The notes beneath the pieces were generated by a model. The model was given only the letters and a program-made list of their open reading frames with translations, had not been told where the DNA came from and searched no databases. Positions 61,591 through 64,000 of a stretch of DNA of 64,000 bases are shown here, piece by piece. Position 1 is the stretch's first letter. Each line of letters begins with the position of its first letter. The position numbers and the translations under genes were made by a program. Origin of the DNA: Eledone cirrhosa. Taxonomy: Eukaryota. Location of the stretch: contig OZ024740.1 of the NCBI GenBank assembly GCA_964016885.1, positions 98,456,001-98,520,000 of the forward strand. Reading direction: 5' to 3'.

Positions 61591-62601
61591 CTATTGGGGT
61601 GATAACCCGTTTAGTTTTGGTTTAAATTTGTTAAGGAATAGATTTTCTTTGTTTATTCTTTGTTGCTGTGTGAACGAATCTGAGCACTTGTAGAAGGGGA
61701 AGATTTTAAAGTTGGGTAGTGTCATTCCTGTGCAGTTCGCAATATGGCTGCTCAAGGGGATTTTTCTTGTGTTGGCGTCCCGGATTTGTTGGCGGTGGAT
61801 GGCCATTCTTTTGCGTAATGAGGTTTCCGTCTGTCCTATGTAGTTGTGTTTGCACCCACCGCAAGTTATTGCGTAAATCAAGTTCTCCGAGTTGCAGGTG
61901 AAATTGTTTTTTACTGTAAATGTTTGGCCATCTTTAAATGTAAATTTGTGTCCTTCAGTGAGGTAGAGGCACGTTCCACAGTTTTTTCTACCACATTTGG
62001 TAACTGTAGGGTTGAGGATTGGTTTGGGTATATTTGGTCCAGTGAGAATGCGTTTTAGTGATTTGGGTTGTCTTTTACTTTTAAGGATCTTGTGTGTTTC
62101 AAGAATAGACTTCATTTTTACATCTTTAAGTAGGATGCGGAGGTTTTTGTGTAGGTGATCAAACATTTCGGTATTTCTGGGGTTGAAAGTGGGTACATAT
62201 GGCAGGGTGTTGAGTGTGGTTTTCTGTTTTGGATTGTTAAGTTGATGGGGATTTAGGTGTTTTGCCCTGTCTATTCGATTGTTGATTATTTCAAGTGGAA
62301 AGGCTCTTAAGATAAGGGTGTCTTTTAGTTCCTTTAGTCTTTGCTCCCGTTTAGGTGGATCTGATACTATGGTACATATACGTTTGGCCAAATTGTAAGG
62401 AGTGTTAAGTTTTGTATGTTTTGGGTGACTTGATGTGAAAAAGAGGTATTGCTTGGAATCTGTGGGTTTATAGAATATATCTGTATCTAATTTCCCTTCT
62501 ATTACAGAGATGAGAATATCCAAGAAGGCTAATTCCTTGGGATTGGATTCCATTGAGAATTGTATGTTATTATCTATGTTGTTTATCATGTTTTTAAACA
62601 T
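61591..62601 (-). CDS. PLE polyprotein C-terminal part: RT motif 7/thumb, Cys-rich linker, GIY-YIG endonuclease (open frame, 5'-truncated)
   Basis: LAFLDILI, TDIFYKPTDSKQYLFFTSSHP, CGRKNCGTC, NLIYAITCGGCKHNYIGQT..LRKRMAIH..KENLFLNKFKPKLN. Confidence 0.9.
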   Translation of the reverse strand: MFKNMINNIDNNIQFSMESNPKELAFLDILISVIEGKLDTDIFYKPTDSKQYLFFTSSHPKHTKLNTPYNLAKRICTIVSDPPKREQRLKELKDTLILRAFPLEIINNRIDRAKHLNPHQLNNPKQKTTLNTLPYVPTFNPRNTEMFDHLHKNLRILLKDVKMKSILETHKILKSKRQPKSLKRILTGPNIPKPILNPTVTKCGRKNCGTCLYLTEGHKFTFKDGQTFTVKNNFTCNSENLIYAITCGGCKHNYIGQTETSLRKRMAIHRQQIRDANTRKIPLSSHIANCTGMTLPNFKIFPFYKCSDSFTQQQRINKENLFLNKFKPKLNGLSPQ

Positions 62602-62902
62602 AGGTGTAAGTGCACTAAATCCCTTTCTATCATCTCCCCTCTCCTACCGACCACAGGGAGATATATGTATGTATATTGCTTCCACCTCCTCACTGACCAG
62701 CAGCTGGCCATTGCTAAATCTGACCTTTATAAAATAACCCACTCCCCCAAACAACTCCTCATTCACTACCAGAAAGGCACACAGCAGTCAACTTGCTGCT
62801 ACCAAGATGAAAACTACTATTAAATCCCACACTGAATTTTATACTTGAATTTTCAAATCTCAAATTTTAACTCTTCTTATTATTAATTTTCTTAATATTA
62901 AT

Positions 62903-62952
62903 CAACATTTGAAAAGATGGCTTTTGCAGACCCATTGAAACCGGTCATTTTT
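62903..62952 (+). ncRNA. Inverted-arm copy of the U3-A8 hammerhead
   Basis: CAACAT-TTGAAAA-GATGG..CCATT-GAAA-CCGG-TC-ATTTTT. Confidence 0.7.
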
Positions 62953-63052
62953 TATACCCTTTATTATTTCCTTACCTTATAAAATTATATTTTTTTTCAC
63001 AAAAAAGTATTCTGTCTCTTATATATTCCATGTGCCATTACCAACCTCAATG

Positions 63053-63111
<59 letters not shown>

Positions 63112-63679
63112 TATATATATATATATATATGCATATATATATATATATATATACATATATATGCATATATATATACATATATATGAATATATATATGCAT
63201 ATATGAGTGCATGTATGTGTGTGTAGTTATAGTCTCACAATCACAAGTGTATATACATACATGAGAAAATATATACTTCCACCAAAACAAACAAACTATA
63301 TATAAATAACTAAATAACCAAAGATGGTTGTATTTATTTTTGTTTACAAACAAAATAATATACATTTTACTATCAGAAATGTAAGAAAATGTTGATTGAT
63401 TTTTGTAAAATACACTCTTTATCTTCATTTTTATATTTTCAATTTTTTTTCTTTGTTTTTTTTTATTTTCTTGTTGACGTATTGTGCAATGCTTACTTTC
63501 AAAATACGATAACATTTCAAGCAATTCACAATGACAAAGCTGACTAAAGTATCAATTATTACTATTATTATTATTATTATTGCACTTTTATTGTTATTGA
63601 TTTCCTCCCTTGTAGTCTTTTTAATTGTTTGCTTTCACTGTATTTCTGAGCATATCTCCGTATGTGAAATGTTTCTCCA

Positions 63680-64000
63680 TTTATTTATATTGCAAGTATT
63701 CTGCATAACGTCTTCAAGTCATATTTTTTGTATGTTGTGAATGTGGAAATCCTGCAAGGTTTTTTAATTACTTCAAAATCTTCTATTTTAATATAATTTG
63801 TCTCTGTTTTCAGTCCTGTTGTTCGTGTTATCTCTTTGGCCAGATGTTTATATTTGGATAATTTCACTATTTCTATAGAAGATATTTTATCATATCTTTG
63901 ATCTGATACTTCAATGAGGGATATTCATTTTCCTGATGGATCTTGACAATAATATCTTGTTGTTATTGTACTTCAGGCCACAACAAAGGAATTTAACATT
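63680..64000 (-). mobile_element. Decayed R4/Dong-like RLE C-terminus
   Basis: DIIV..IEVS..DKISSIEIVKLSKYKHLAKEITR.TGLKTET resembles PD..D..K..KY.DL..EI.R.W.LKT. Confidence 0.6.

Larger units (their letters stand above)
60361..63051 (-). mobile_element. 5'-truncated Penelope-like element (Neptune-like Cys linker) with 3' pseudo-LTR (60401-60855) and an inverted copy at the truncation point (62600-63051)
   Basis: RT thumb + GIY-YIG ORF; ~450-bp inverted arms; HHR in each arm; (TA)n flanks. Confidence 0.93.

Noticed and set aside
61591-62601. Domesticated GIY-YIG gene or selenoprotein-type PLE
   Set aside because: The frame starts exactly at the inversion breakpoint of a truncated PLE, has no in-frame TGA, and has the ordinary C-terminal endonuclease arrangement.

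Overview
AT-rich, microsatellite-saturated eukaryotic (animal) DNA, almost entirely transposable elements and their debris. The SINE and LINE repertoire resembles octopus/cephalopod genomes (inference). I can support no host protein-coding exon. Contents: two tandem Tx1/L1-clade LINEs separated and followed by (TATC)n; several RTE-clade LINEs (one near full length, several with a PHD-like finger inside the RT); a 5'-truncated RTE/BovB-type element with three C-terminal C2H2 fingers; CRE and R4/Dong-like RLE remnants; a 6.4-kb Buster/Charlie hAT element with TIRs and an 8-bp TSD that is full of nested insertions; MITEs; tRNA-derived SINEs; and many Penelope-like element (PLE) remnants that form fold-back inverted repeats in (TA)n tracts and carry hammerhead ribozymes (HHRs), including a U3-A8 compensatory variant. 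The main discovery candidate is a ~90-nt RNA motif present three times on the minus strand (28859-28947, 39187-39277, 39832-39922). It has the complete hammerhead core (CUGAUGA, GAAA, UH) and helices I, II and III with compensatory changes, but the three core strands are in an order matching none of HHR types I/II/III. This implies a doubly pseudoknotted hammerhead whose stem III is bent back by a consensus kink-turn. It is carried by a short non-coding tandem/inverted PLE-like element. All alignments and pairings were read by eye; no search or folding software was run.
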